NCBI GenBank assembly: GCA_964469605.1
Contig: CAYXZA010000004.1
Coordinates: 1-37,606, forward strand
Direction: 5' to 3'
From: an uncultured Candidatus Saccharibacteria bacterium
Lineage (GTDB): Bacteria > Patescibacteriota > Minisyncoccia > Phycocordibacterales > DATDWN01
DNA: 37,606 bases
In this document: positions 8,504 to 18,098 of the stretch, piece by piece
Layout of the letters: every line of letters begins with the position of its first letter
Position numbering within the stretch: the first letter of the stretch is position 1
Position numbers and translations under genes: made by a program
The notes under the pieces: generated by a model
What the model was told of the DNA's origin: nothing
Databases searched by the model: none
The model's input: only the letters and a program-made list of their open reading frames with translations

Positions 8504-9364
8504 TTAGTAGTATTTATCTATATTTCTCTTGTGCTCTTCATAGGTTTTAGAGCAGTGTATTTTTCCTCTTTTGTCGTGCAAATAAAACATACAAGATGTT
8601 TTGACTGGATTGTAGGCTGCCTCTATGGCTGATAGTCCAGGGTTTGATATGGGTGTCGGAGGTAAATCTTTGTAAATATAAGTGTTATAAGGAGAATCTA
8701 TATATTTATCTTCTGGTTTGACAGATGGCCACCACCTATCTTCACTTCCTTTGGCATATTGTAAAGTAGCATCAACTTGTAATTTCATTCCTGAAAATAT
8801 ACGATTCCAGATTATGCCGGATATCAGTCTCATATCTTGTTTTCCCCCTGATTCTCTTTGTATTAAAGAAGCTATTTTTAATACAGTTTCTTCATTTACA
8901 ATATTTGTATTTTTTGCTTTTTTAACATTTTTTATTTTGTCTTCCAGTGTTTCTTTCATAACTTCCGCCACTTTTGTTGGCTCTGTGTCTTTGTGTAAAA
9001 AGTAACTTTTTGGAAACAGAAAACCTTCCAAACTTTCTTTTCCTAGTGCAATATGAGCATTTAAAAATTCTTGCCTTTGATCTTCATCCCAATTTAATTT
9101 TTGACTTAAAACATCAGCAACTTCCTCTTGTCTTAAACCTTCTTTTATATTTACTATTCTAACTGATGGGTTTGCTAAACTTTGATAAAAAGAGGCACTA
9201 GCCAAATCAGATATGGAAAAACCGCTGTATATCGAGAAACTAACAAGAGAGAAAACGGAAAAGATGGCAATAATAGCTGTATTTACTATTGTCAATTTAA
9301 AAATCCATTTACCTTTGATATTTTTTATTTTAATCTTTTTCGGCTTTTCTTTTTTTGGATTCAT
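8504..9364 (-). CDS. mltG: endolytic murein transglycosylase MltG (YceG family)
   Basis: N-terminal TM helix. EGFLFPKSY motif, RESGG, LQVDATLQYA, SPYNTY..LPPTPISNPG; the YceG-like signature pattern. Confidence 0.85.
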   Translation of the reverse strand: MNPKKEKPKKIKIKNIKGKWIFKLTIVNTAIIAIFSVFSLVSFSIYSGFSISDLASASFYQSLANPSVRIVNIKEGLRQEEVADVLSQKLNWDEDQRQEFLNAHIALGKESLEGFLFPKSYFLHKDTEPTKVAEVMKETLEDKIKNVKKAKNTNIVNEETVLKIASLIQRESGGKQDMRLISGIIWNRIFSGMKLQVDATLQYAKGSEDRWWPSVKPEDKYIDSPYNTYIYKDLPPTPISNPGLSAIEAAYNPVKTSCMFYLHDKRGKIHCSKTYEEHKRNIDKYY

Positions 9365-9418
9365 TTGTTTATAATAATATCATATAGTAGAATGTATAAA
9401 AATTAAATAATAAACAAT

Positions 9419-9646
9419 ATGTCAATAAAAAGTTTTTTAATGAAGCAAATGATCAAGAGACAATTTAAGGATGTTCCAGAATCCCAAGTTGATATGATAT
9501 TGGATGTGGTAAATAAAAACCCTGATTTATTTGAGAAAATAGGTAAAGAGATAAAAGCAATGACAGATAAAGGTAGAGATCAGATGGCAGCTTCTATGGA
9601 AGTTATGCGAAAATATCAATCAGAACTTTCTAAAATAAAAAGATAA
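9419..9646 (+). CDS. small hypothetical helical protein
   Basis: 75-aa charged ORF. A second uncalled ORF of about 39 aa (9654-9773) follows. Confidence 0.35.
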   Translation: MSIKSFLMKQMIKRQFKDVPESQVDMILDVVNKNPDLFEKIGKEIKAMTDKGRDQMAASMEVMRKYQSELSKIKR

Positions 9647-9765
9647 AACCATTATGAAGGAAGAAATTATAAAAAAAGAACAGGAGATTTTAAAAAAAAT
9701 ATTCAAAAAATTAGAACTGATTGAAGAATTGTTTGCAGATGAAATTTTAAACAGAACAAAGAAAA

Positions 9766-11085
9766 ATGTCTAAAAATGAAATGATCGAATTTGGTGTAAA
9801 TGAAAATCCTGAAGGTGAAGTGGCGGATGGTAATTTTTTATCTAAATTTTTAGAAAAAACAAGAAAAATAAAGACGAGAGTTGTAAATTTATTGAGAAAT
9901 ACTGATATTTCAGATCGACAAAGAGAAGAATCTCAATTTTTTCTGGATTTAGTAGAATTGTCTGGAAGATTTTTTTATCTAACAACAAAAAAAATTTCTA
10001 GAACATTAATTTTGGCATCAATTTTTTATAATCCTGTAGTTTCAGGACAAGAGATGAGTAGGGATAATCCTCAAAGGGTAGCTTATAAAAGTTTTGAGGA
10101 TTTTCAAAGATACATAAATGAAAATAATGATCCTTACATATCAGAAAAAGAGAAAAAAGAAATTGAAAAATTGATAAAATCAATAGATACTCTTAAAAAG
10201 ACACTAGATAGATATAAAAATGAAAATACAGAGAAAAGTTTAGAAGAATACAAATTTCTTCTTGGTGTTTGTGAAGATTTAGATAATTCATTAAAAGATT
10301 TATCTAAAAAAACAATAGAAAAAATGGTTGAAGATGCAAAAACCGTCACTTTTGATGATTTTAAAAAAGATATTGAAAATGTGTTTACAGATAAATGGAA
10401 AATAATTGATGATATAAGATCTATTATTATAAAAAGATTAGGATCAGATCAATATAGAGAAATGGCAATAAAAGAAGGGTTGAGTTTGGAAGAAATAGAG
10501 AGAAGGATAGAGGTTGTTAGTTCTGATAATATACGATTTGAAGATTATTTTCATCCAGTTGATAATCCTCGTAAACTCGGGTTTTATCTTGCAGGAGATG
10601 CAGAAAGAAAATTTGGCTCACATCCTGGAAAAGTTATACTTTCAATAAGAACAGAAAATCCTCAATTAAAAGGTGTTGTTGTTCACGAACTAACTCATTC
10701 TTTTGTTGATGATAATGGTCAGTTAAAATTATCTAAATTAGCAATGGATATATATAGTGATGCAACAATGCCATATAATTATTTTGTTGTTGGAAATAAA
10801 AGATTTGATATAAGCCCTGAACATTTAAAATATTTATCTGAACCAAATGAGCTAAATGCAAGAAGAGTAGCTTTTCAATTTGAAATAGAAAAAATGGGTA
10901 TATGGAAATACGGAGAAACTTTTACAGAAGAACATTATAAAAAAATAATGGATTTTTCTAATCAAGAAAAATTTTCAGATTCTACTGTTGAATTTATTAC
11001 TATTGTAAAAAAAGAGAAGTTATTTCAAATGATGAATCTGTTAGCTTCAAATATAAAAACTGGTGATGGAGTTTTAGATGTATAA
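9766..11085 (+). CDS. hypothetical protein with a coiled-coil N-terminal half and an HExxH zinc-metallopeptidase-like motif
   Basis: VVVHELTHSF motif at about residue 300. K/E-rich N-terminal region predicted coiled coil. No family recognised. Confidence 0.55.
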   Translation: MSKNEMIEFGVNENPEGEVADGNFLSKFLEKTRKIKTRVVNLLRNTDISDRQREESQFFLDLVELSGRFFYLTTKKISRTLILASIFYNPVVSGQEMSRDNPQRVAYKSFEDFQRYINENNDPYISEKEKKEIEKLIKSIDTLKKTLDRYKNENTEKSLEEYKFLLGVCEDLDNSLKDLSKKTIEKMVEDAKTVTFDDFKKDIENVFTDKWKIIDDIRSIIIKRLGSDQYREMAIKEGLSLEEIERRIEVVSSDNIRFEDYFHPVDNPRKLGFYLAGDAERKFGSHPGKVILSIRTENPQLKGVVVHELTHSFVDDNGQLKLSKLAMDIYSDATMPYNYFVVGNKRFDISPEHLKYLSEPNELNARRVAFQFEIEKMGIWKYGETFTEEHYKKIMDFSNQEKFSDSTVEFITIVKKEKLFQMMNLLASNIKTGDGVLDV

Positions 11086-11108
11086 AAAAGGCGCCGAAAC
11101 GCCTTTTT
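11086..11108. terminator. intrinsic terminator between convergent genes
   Basis: aaaaaggcgccgaaacgccttttt: a GC stem with A-run and T-run on either side, so it can act in both orientations. Confidence 0.6.
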
Positions 11109-11240
11109 CCTGCTTAGACGATTTTCGTCAATAGACTACTAGTCACCCCAGCAGATGTTTCCGGCTTGGATGCCGGTTTTGGTCTTGATCTTCATGAGAT
11201 CTCCTTTCTTTTTGTAAATTAGCATATATTAAAAATCTTG

Positions 11241-11912
11241 TCAAATGTGATGTTGTGGTGGTCTGAAAAATAATCTTTCTAGTATATCGTTTTCCTTTCC
11301 GCTTTCTACTTGTTTAGCAAATTTAAAACCTCTTTTTTTACAAGTATTTAATATGTTTTGATCCTTGCAAGCATTTACATTTCCTGTATAAATAGCTCCC
11401 AGACAATGACTTCCAAAATACAAAAATACACCCCTTAACCAAAACGGAGGGAAAGCAAAAAATAGAAGTTTTTGAACCCAAGTTGGTGTTCCTCCGGAGA
11501 CTATAAAATAAACTCTGAGGTGTCCTAACATTCCAGAAGGTTGTCCTATACGACTTTTACTTTTGAAATCTAGTGCAAAAAATCTTATTCTATCTATAAA
11601 ATTTTTTAATTTGGCTGGAACTCCAAAGTTGTATGTCGGAGTGGCAATAACCAAAGCTTTAGCATTTTTAATTTTATGACACAAAAGATCAAAATCTTTT
11701 TCTTCTGGTGTTGGACCTAGTCTGTTGTTGTAGTTGTAATCTTCTATTTTAATGTCGTTTATATAAAATTTTTCAAAGGTAACTTTTTCAGATTCTTTCA
11801 TTCCTGATATAAAATTATCAAGCATTGTGTCAGAATTGAAACCTTTTGATGGTGAACAAGATAGGGCTATAACATCAACATTTTCACTTTTTTTATCAAT
11901 AATATTTTCCAT
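11241..11912 (-). CDS. NAD(P)H-dependent FMN reductase-like flavodoxin-fold protein
   Basis: N-terminal DVIALSCSPSKGFNSDTM..; ALVIATPTYNFGVPAKLKNFIDR is typical of the NADPH-dependent FMN reductase fold. Confidence 0.6.
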   Translation of the reverse strand: MENIIDKKSENVDVIALSCSPSKGFNSDTMLDNFISGMKESEKVTFEKFYINDIKIEDYNYNNRLGPTPEEKDFDLLCHKIKNAKALVIATPTYNFGVPAKLKNFIDRIRFFALDFKSKSRIGQPSGMLGHLRVYFIVSGGTPTWVQKLLFFAFPPFWLRGVFLYFGSHCLGAIYTGNVNACKDQNILNTCKKRGFKFAKQVESGKENDILERLFFRPPQHHI

Positions 11913-11987
11913 ATAAAAATACTAACATTTAATTTGATAAACAAGAAATTGATATTTTTGAAAATTTATTATAATATGTTTAGTATT

Positions 11988-12911
11988 ATGATAAAAGTTT
12001 TTGGACATATTTCACCTGACACAGATGCAACTTGTAGTGCTATAATCTGGGCTTGGTATATAAAAAATCACAGTGCACTTGATGCAAAACCTTTTGTATT
12101 GGGTGGTTTAAACAAAGAAACAGAATTCGTTCTCAGAAAATGGGGTGTTGAAACACCTGATTTGCTCCCACCTTTACAAGAAAGTGATGAGGTTATGATA
12201 GTTGATACAAACAATATTCAAGAGCTTCCTGAAAATATACTCAAATGCAACATACTTGAAATAGTTGACCATCATAGAATTGTCTCTGGGATTGAAACAA
12301 AAGGGCCTATAAATATGACTGTTAGAACATTTGCTTCAACAGCTTCTGTTATAAACTATGTCATGAGAGAAAATATAGAAATACCAGAAGACATAGCTGG
12401 TCTTATGCTCTCTTGCATACTTTCTGATACTCTTGAATTTAGATCTCCAACTACTACAAACTACGACAGAGCTATTGCTGAAAAATTAGCTAAAAAACTA
12501 AATATTGATATAAAATCATATGCAAATGAAATGTTTGATGCAAAATCTGATGTTTCCGATTTTACAGATAAAGGCCTTGTGCATTTAGATAGCAAAAAAA
12601 GTACAGTAGGAAACAAAAACATCAAAGTTTCAGTTATAGAGACTACAAATACAAAATCAATTTTAGAAAGAAAAGATGGTATTGTGTCTGCAATAAAAGA
12701 AATACTTTCAGAAGAAAAAGATGTAGACGATGTGTTATTTTTTGTTGTAGATATCTTAAAAGAAGAATCTATTGTCTTTACATACAATCAATTTTTGAAA
12801 GATATTGTTGCAACATCGTTTTCAACCACAAATGACAAAGAATTTCAAGTTTTACCTAAAATCATATCTAGGAAAAAACAAATATTACCAATGTTAAAAT
12901 TACCAAATTAA
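11988..12911 (+). CDS. ppaC: DHH/DHHA2 phosphoesterase, likely Mn-dependent family II inorganic pyrophosphatase
   Basis: MIKVFGHISPDTDATCSAI and IVDHHR motifs (DHH). Length about 308 aa matches family II PPase. The ORF track starts at 11934, but the ATG at 11988 follows a TTGAAA..TATAAT promoter-like element. Confidence 0.6.
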   Translation: MIKVFGHISPDTDATCSAIIWAWYIKNHSALDAKPFVLGGLNKETEFVLRKWGVETPDLLPPLQESDEVMIVDTNNIQELPENILKCNILEIVDHHRIVSGIETKGPINMTVRTFASTASVINYVMRENIEIPEDIAGLMLSCILSDTLEFRSPTTTNYDRAIAEKLAKKLNIDIKSYANEMFDAKSDVSDFTDKGLVHLDSKKSTVGNKNIKVSVIETTNTKSILERKDGIVSAIKEILSEEKDVDDVLFFVVDILKEESIVFTYNQFLKDIVATSFSTTNDKEFQVLPKIISRKKQILPMLKLPN

Positions 12912-12915
12912 ATCT

Positions 12916-14013
12916 ATGAAATTATCTATTGGTATCGTCGGTCTGCCAAATGTTGGTAAATCTACTCTTTTTAATGCTCTTACAAAAAAATCTGTTCCGG
13001 CAGAAAATTATCCATTTTGCACAATAGATCCCTCTGTCGGTATAGTAGCTGTTCCAGATAAAAGACTTTGGGAGTTATCTAATTTTTCTAAATCAAAAAA
13101 AACCGTTCCGGCTGTTATAGAATTTGTAGACATTGCAGGTCTTGTAAAAGGAGCTTCAGAAGGTGAGGGTCTTGGAAATCAATTTCTCTCTCATATAAGA
13201 GAAACGGATGCAATACTTCAAATAGTTAGAATATTTGAAGATACAAAAGTAATACACATAAACAACAAAATAAGTCCAAAATTTGATATAGAAATAATAA
13301 ATCTGGAGCTTGTATTATCTGACAAATCAACTGTAAATAAAAGACTGGGGAGTTTAGTCAAAGATATTAAAAAGGGAATGAAAGAAGCTGTATTTGAAGA
13401 AATTGTTTTAAAAAAAGCACTTTCTGTTTTAGAAAAAGAAATGTTGCTAAGTCAAGAAAGTTTTGATGAAAAAGAATTTAAAGTATTAAAAAATCTAAAT
13501 TTACTTACAATAAAGCCGATAATATTTGGACTGAACAAAAAAGCTGGAGGGATAAATTTAGATCAAACAAAAGATGATAGATGGATTGAACTGTTAGAAT
13601 ATTTAAATAAAAATAATTTTAAATACATAATAATAGATGCAAAAATTGAAAATGATCTTAAAGATCTTGAAGGAGAAGAAAAAGATGTTTTCAGAAAAGA
13701 GCTTGGTGGAGATGATGATGGTATAGATAACCTTATAAAAGAATGTTATAGGACACTCGGACTTGAAACATTTTTTACAACAGGTGAAGACGAAAGCAGG
13801 GCTTGGACAATACAGAAAGGATCAACAGCTCCTGTTGCCGGAAAGGCAATACACAATGACTTTGAAGATAAGTTCATAAAAGCAGAGGTTATAGAATACG
13901 ACAAATTGCTTTCTTGTGGTTCTTTTATCTCTGCAAAAGAAAAAGGGTTACTAAGAACAGAAGGTAGGGAATACATAGTAAAAGACGGTGATGTAATTGA
14001 GTTTAAAATTTAG
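12916..14013 (+). CDS. ychF: ribosome-binding ATPase YchF (Obg-family GTPase)
   Basis: GIVGLPNVGKSTLFNALT P-loop, NYPFCTIDP, DIAGLVKGAS, C-terminal TGS domain. Confidence 0.92.
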   Translation: MKLSIGIVGLPNVGKSTLFNALTKKSVPAENYPFCTIDPSVGIVAVPDKRLWELSNFSKSKKTVPAVIEFVDIAGLVKGASEGEGLGNQFLSHIRETDAILQIVRIFEDTKVIHINNKISPKFDIEIINLELVLSDKSTVNKRLGSLVKDIKKGMKEAVFEEIVLKKALSVLEKEMLLSQESFDEKEFKVLKNLNLLTIKPIIFGLNKKAGGINLDQTKDDRWIELLEYLNKNNFKYIIIDAKIENDLKDLEGEEKDVFRKELGGDDDGIDNLIKECYRTLGLETFFTTGEDESRAWTIQKGSTAPVAGKAIHNDFEDKFIKAEVIEYDKLLSCGSFISAKEKGLLRTEGREYIVKDGDVIEFKI

Positions 14014-14130
14014 AAAAAACAAAAATCCCCGAAATTCCTAGGAAATTTCAAATGGGATCTTTGATAAAAGAATACCAATTTTTTATATTTTTGTCAAATA
14101 AATTGTAAATATATTTTAGGAATTTAAGTA

Positions 14131-14151
14131 TATAAAAAACCACTTTTGTGG
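14131..14151 (-). terminator. weak intrinsic terminator abutting the stop of the 14152..14706 gene
   Basis: On the minus strand: agccacaaaagtggtt stem followed by TTTTTTATA. Confidence 0.35.
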
Positions 14152-14706
14152 CTATTTTGCATATACAAATCTTATACCAAAAATATTTGAAAAACCTTTA
14201 TTTGGTTTATAAGAAACAACTTCATAAAGTTTTACTTTTCCTCCAAAAAAATTTATTTCCACTCTTGGACCAAATCCATAAGGTGAATATAGTAAAGATC
14301 CAACTCCAACTTTATTATTTATTTTGAAGTTTGTTTGGTTCATTACAAATCTACCACCTTTATGTTCTAATGTGAAAAAATTAGAAAAATTATTCCTTTC
14401 AAAATAAGTGAAATGTGCAAATCTTAATCTTGATGATTCTGACCAATTATTTATTCCGAGACCAGATCCAAATTGTAAACCTCTGACTTGAAAAAATGGT
14501 CCAGAATATGCCTGAAAATCCTTACCTTTAAATTCTTGCACCCATCCAAATACACCTGTATTTTTTGCTGTATTTTGTTGAATCCATAAGGCATTATAAT
14601 AATCATACTTACCATTGCGATTAAAATGTTCAGTAAATAAATAGCTTTGACAATAAATATCCAATGAAAAAAATAAAAAAAGTAGCTGTTTCATTCCGGA
14701 AGACAA
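14152..14706 (-). CDS. hypothetical secreted beta-rich protein
   Basis: N-terminal signal-peptide-like segment (LLFLFFSLDIYCQS). Aromatic/Gly-rich beta-type composition. C-terminal aromatic residues. Confidence 0.45.
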   Translation of the reverse strand: MSSGMKQLLFLFFSLDIYCQSYLFTEHFNRNGKYDYYNALWIQQNTAKNTGVFGWVQEFKGKDFQAYSGPFFQVRGLQFGSGLGINNWSESSRLRFAHFTYFERNNFSNFFTLEHKGGRFVMNQTNFKINNKVGVGSLLYSPYGFGPRVEINFFGGKVKLYEVVSYKPNKGFSNIFGIRFVYAK

Positions 14707-14774
14707 TTTAACATATTATATAGTAAAGAACAAATGTTGACCTGCTGGTTTTAAATGCATATAATTTAACAATT

Positions 14775-15737
14775 ATGGAAAATACAAAAACAAAAGTTAA
14801 AGAGTTTTTCTTGGAATTATCATCTCAAGTGGCTTTTTATACTGTTATTATTAGCTTGGGAAATATGCTTTTTAAAATAATCAATAAAGCATATGGTATT
14901 TATGGTAATTATTATTATGGAGTAGAAAATTTCAATTTAGCATTACCACTTTCTATTTTAATAGTTTCTTTTCCTATATTTGCAATACTAACTATTTTAC
15001 TTGAAAAAAACTATATATTAAACCCGGAAAATAAAGATATCTTGATAAAAAGACTTTTAACCTATCTAACACTTTTTGTCTCTTCTGTTGTATTTTCTAT
15101 TTCAATAATCATAATCCTTTATAAGTTTTTAGATGGACAGGAGATTTTGACAGGTTTTGCCTTTAAAATAATAACCGTGATAATCCTTTCCGCTTTGAGT
15201 TTCTCTTATTACTTGGCAGAAAGTAGAAATAGATTAAATCTAAATTATAAAAAAATATCTATTTATGTTTTACTTGCAATTGTAGTTGGTTCAACCATAT
15301 TAGGATTTGTTATTATTGGTTCACCTTCAAAACAAAGGCAATTGAAAGAAGATTCTGCAATGATAAACGATATGAGACTTGCAAACTCACAAATAGAATC
15401 TTTTTACTATAACAAAAGCAGATTGCCTGATAATCTAAAAGAACTAACCAGTGATTCATATTATTATATAAACAACAATAGTAAAATAACATATCAAAAA
15501 GTTACAGAAAATAGTTATAAAATCTGTGGTGATTTTAATTTTGATTATGTTTTAAGTCCTGATGCTGTTATAAAACAAGTATATCCAGCAATGCCAGAAG
15601 ATACTGATTGGATGTATAAAAAAGGTAAAACTTGCTTTGATAAAAATACAGAAAGATTAAACAAAAAAGAAACTGGCTATCCCACAATACCTAGATTTAA
15701 AGTTGATGAGACATATCCAATACCAGAGCCACTATAA
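14775..15737 (+). CDS. polytopic membrane protein with a C-terminal pseudopilin-like (type IV pilin fold-like) domain
   Basis: About 5 N-terminal TM helices. Then KQRQLKEDSAMINDMRLANSQIESFYYNKSRLPDNLKEL, which resembles the conserved helix/loop of GspG or type IV pilin globular domains, including conserved Cys. Confidence 0.45.
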   Translation: MENTKTKVKEFFLELSSQVAFYTVIISLGNMLFKIINKAYGIYGNYYYGVENFNLALPLSILIVSFPIFAILTILLEKNYILNPENKDILIKRLLTYLTLFVSSVVFSISIIIILYKFLDGQEILTGFAFKIITVIILSALSFSYYLAESRNRLNLNYKKISIYVLLAIVVGSTILGFVIIGSPSKQRQLKEDSAMINDMRLANSQIESFYYNKSRLPDNLKELTSDSYYYINNNSKITYQKVTENSYKICGDFNFDYVLSPDAVIKQVYPAMPEDTDWMYKKGKTCFDKNTERLNKKETGYPTIPRFKVDETYPIPEPL

Positions 15738-15792
15738 CACAGGTTTGTTTTCTCGGTCTTTCAGAAAGCCCTAATTTTGTAAGTAAATTAGT

Positions 15793-16719
15793 CTATTTGA
15801 AGTTATTGTGCAGATATATGTAAATATCTTCTAGTGCTTTTATACCATCTCCAGATGCTATGTTATTTTGGTGATACAAACCATCTGTGCAATCCCCAGC
15901 AGCCCAAACTCCTAACTGTGATGTTCTTTGGTTTTTAGGATCTGTTATTATGTAACCATAATCATTTAATTTTAAGATATCTTTTGCAAACTCTGTTGTT
16001 GGTATAGCACCTATCTCCACGAAAATACCTGTTGTTTTTATATTTTGCAAATTACCTTCTTTGTCTTTATAAGAAAGTCCTGATACAAATCTATCTCCAT
16101 ATATTTCAGAAAGGGAAGTGTTTGTCATTATCTTTGCTTTTGGATTAGATCTTATTTTCTCAATAGTTATCTCATCGGCTTTAAACTTATCTGTTCTGTT
16201 TAAAATAGTTACAGAGTTGCAGTATGCTAAAAGTTGAGCTGCACTTTCAAAAGCAGCATTTCCACCACCAATAACCACAACATCTTGACCAGAAAAAAGA
16301 GGTCCATCACAAGAGGCACAATATGTAATACCTTTGTTTTCAAAAATATCAGCACCTTTTACATCAAGTTTTCTTCTATGAGAACCTGTTGCGATCAAAA
16401 TTGTTTTAGATATAAAAACAGAAGAATTTGTTTCTATTTTAAATAGGTCATTTTCTTTGGAAATTTTTGAAACATACTGATCTTCAAAAATAGAGACAAA
16501 CTCTCCACTATAAGCTTTTAAATGATTTTCAAGAGATTTTGATAGCTCCATACCAGATATCTTTATTGTTCCTATCCAGTTTTGAACTTCATCAGAAACA
16601 GAGCTTTGACCCTGGAAGTCTTTTGTTATAAAAGCTGTTTTTAGTTGTTTTCTGGCAGCATAAACACCAGCAGATACTCCTGCTGGCCCTCCTCCTAAGA
16701 TTGTAAGATCATATATCAT
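15793..16719 (-). CDS. trxB: thioredoxin reductase
   Basis: LGGGPAG FAD motif, redox-active CASCDG, VIGGGNAAFE NADPH motif, GVWAAGDC. Confidence 0.92.
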   Translation of the reverse strand: MIYDLTILGGGPAGVSAGVYAARKQLKTAFITKDFQGQSSVSDEVQNWIGTIKISGMELSKSLENHLKAYSGEFVSIFEDQYVSKISKENDLFKIETNSSVFISKTILIATGSHRRKLDVKGADIFENKGITYCASCDGPLFSGQDVVVIGGGNAAFESAAQLLAYCNSVTILNRTDKFKADEITIEKIRSNPKAKIMTNTSLSEIYGDRFVSGLSYKDKEGNLQNIKTTGIFVEIGAIPTTEFAKDILKLNDYGYIITDPKNQRTSQLGVWAAGDCTDGLYHQNNIASGDGIKALEDIYIYLHNNFK

Positions 16720-16723
16720 ATAT

Positions 16724-16752
16724 TTGACAAATTTTTTAGTTTGGATTATAAT
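16724..16752 (+). promoter_or_regulatory. exact consensus TTGACA-17-TATAAT element in the trxB-ftsZ spacer
   Basis: TTGACA 16724-16729, 17-nt spacer, TATAAT 16747-16752 on the + strand. The attataat core also reads as a -10 on the - strand for trxB. Confidence 0.4.
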
Positions 16753-16780
16753 AGTAATTGAAGTGCTCTTTGTTCATCGC

Positions 16781-16823
16781 AGCCGGTCTCCTACCTTTTG
16801 GTGGACTTTGAGACCGGCTCTTT
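16781..16823 (+). terminator. GC-rich hairpin with a T-run between ftsZ and trxB (+ strand terminator geometry)
   Basis: agccggtctc...gagaccggct, a 10-bp stem, followed by cTTTTTaTTTT on the + strand. Confidence 0.45.
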
Positions 16824-18002
16824 TTATTTTCCTCTATTTCTTCTAAGAAAAGCTGGAACAGCACCCCACTCATCGTCCTCTTCAACAGCGACATTTTTCT
16901 TTTCTTCTTCCGGTTTTGCTGTATTTACATTTACAGGAATAGAATTGTAAATTCTAGTATCCTCTTCTTTTTCTCTTTCTCTTGTAACAAATGTTTCTTT
17001 TTTAACCTCTTTTACTTCATCTGGGAAAATAGACTTTTTCTGGTTTTGATCTGCAAAATTTGAAGCAATAACAGTTATCTTAACCTCTCCTTTTTTAAGT
17101 GACTCGTCTCTAAATGCTCCAAATATAATCTTTGCATTTGGATCCGCAGACTCTGTTATTATTTTAGCAGCATCTTGTATTTCAAACATTGTAAGATCAT
17201 CTCCACCTGCAATAGAGAACAGAACACCTTTTGCTCCATTCATTGAAACTTCCAAAAGAGGGGAGTTAATAGCCATTCTAGCTGCTTCTTCTGCTCTTTT
17301 TTCACCTGTTGAATATCCTATACCCATAAGAGCAGGCCCAGCATTGTGCATAACAGCTCTGATGTCAGCGAAGTCTATATTTATAATACCAGGAGTTGTT
17401 ATGAGATCTGATATACCAACAACAGCTTGTTTTAAAATATCATCACACATACCAAAAGCATTTTTAGCTGTGGTTTCTTTGCTTATTGTTGAAAGTAGTC
17501 TGTCGTTTGGAATAACTATGATAGCATCAACAGCTTGACGAAGTTCATCTAGTCCACCTTCTGCAAGTCTCATCCTTTGTTGACCTTCAAAAAAGAAAGG
17601 TTTTGTAACAACGGCCACAGTTAAGGCATTCATTTCTTTTGCTATACGGGCGATTATAGGAGAAGCACCAGTTCCTGTCCCACCACCAAGTCCTCCTGCT
17701 ATAAAAACCATATCAGCACCCTTTATAGCTTCTTGTATTTCTTCTTTTGTCTCTTCAACAGCTCTTTTTCCAAGCTCTGGGTTCATACCAGTTCCAAGAC
17801 CTCTTGTTAGATTCTTACCTATGTGTATTTTTTTCTTTGCAAGAGAATGATGAAGATCTTGAGAATCAGTATTTACAGCAATAAAGTCAACTCCTTTGAC
17901 TTTGCTGTTTATCATATGGTTCAAAGCATTTTTTCCAGAACCACCAACTCCGACAACTTTGATTCTTGCAAATGCTTCTACTTCTGGTTTTATTTGTGGC
18001 AT
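16824..18002 (-). CDS. ftsZ: cell division GTPase FtsZ
   Basis: GGGTGTG tubulin signature, NTD..IGVGGGG, T7 loop region. Charged, repetitive C-terminal tail. Confidence 0.95.
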   Translation of the reverse strand: MPQIKPEVEAFARIKVVGVGGSGKNALNHMINSKVKGVDFIAVNTDSQDLHHSLAKKKIHIGKNLTRGLGTGMNPELGKRAVEETKEEIQEAIKGADMVFIAGGLGGGTGTGASPIIARIAKEMNALTVAVVTKPFFFEGQQRMRLAEGGLDELRQAVDAIIVIPNDRLLSTISKETTAKNAFGMCDDILKQAVVGISDLITTPGIINIDFADIRAVMHNAGPALMGIGYSTGEKRAEEAARMAINSPLLEVSMNGAKGVLFSIAGGDDLTMFEIQDAAKIITESADPNAKIIFGAFRDESLKKGEVKITVIASNFADQNQKKSIFPDEVKEVKKETFVTREREKEEDTRIYNSIPVNVNTAKPEEEKKNVAVEEDDEWGAVPAFLRRNRGK

Positions 18003-18098
18003 AATCTAAAATCTTAAAAACTAATTGTATAAATAATAACACAAAATATATTTTCAATATATTGACAATATATTTTTATAGTGGGCAATATTGAGATT

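Noticed and set aside
8718-9406. Three + strand ORFs (8718..9005, 8974..9162, 9182..9406) overlapping mltG.
   Set aside because: Antisense to a confidently identified mltG. Low-complexity, Phe/Leu-rich translations typical of AT-rich antisense frames.
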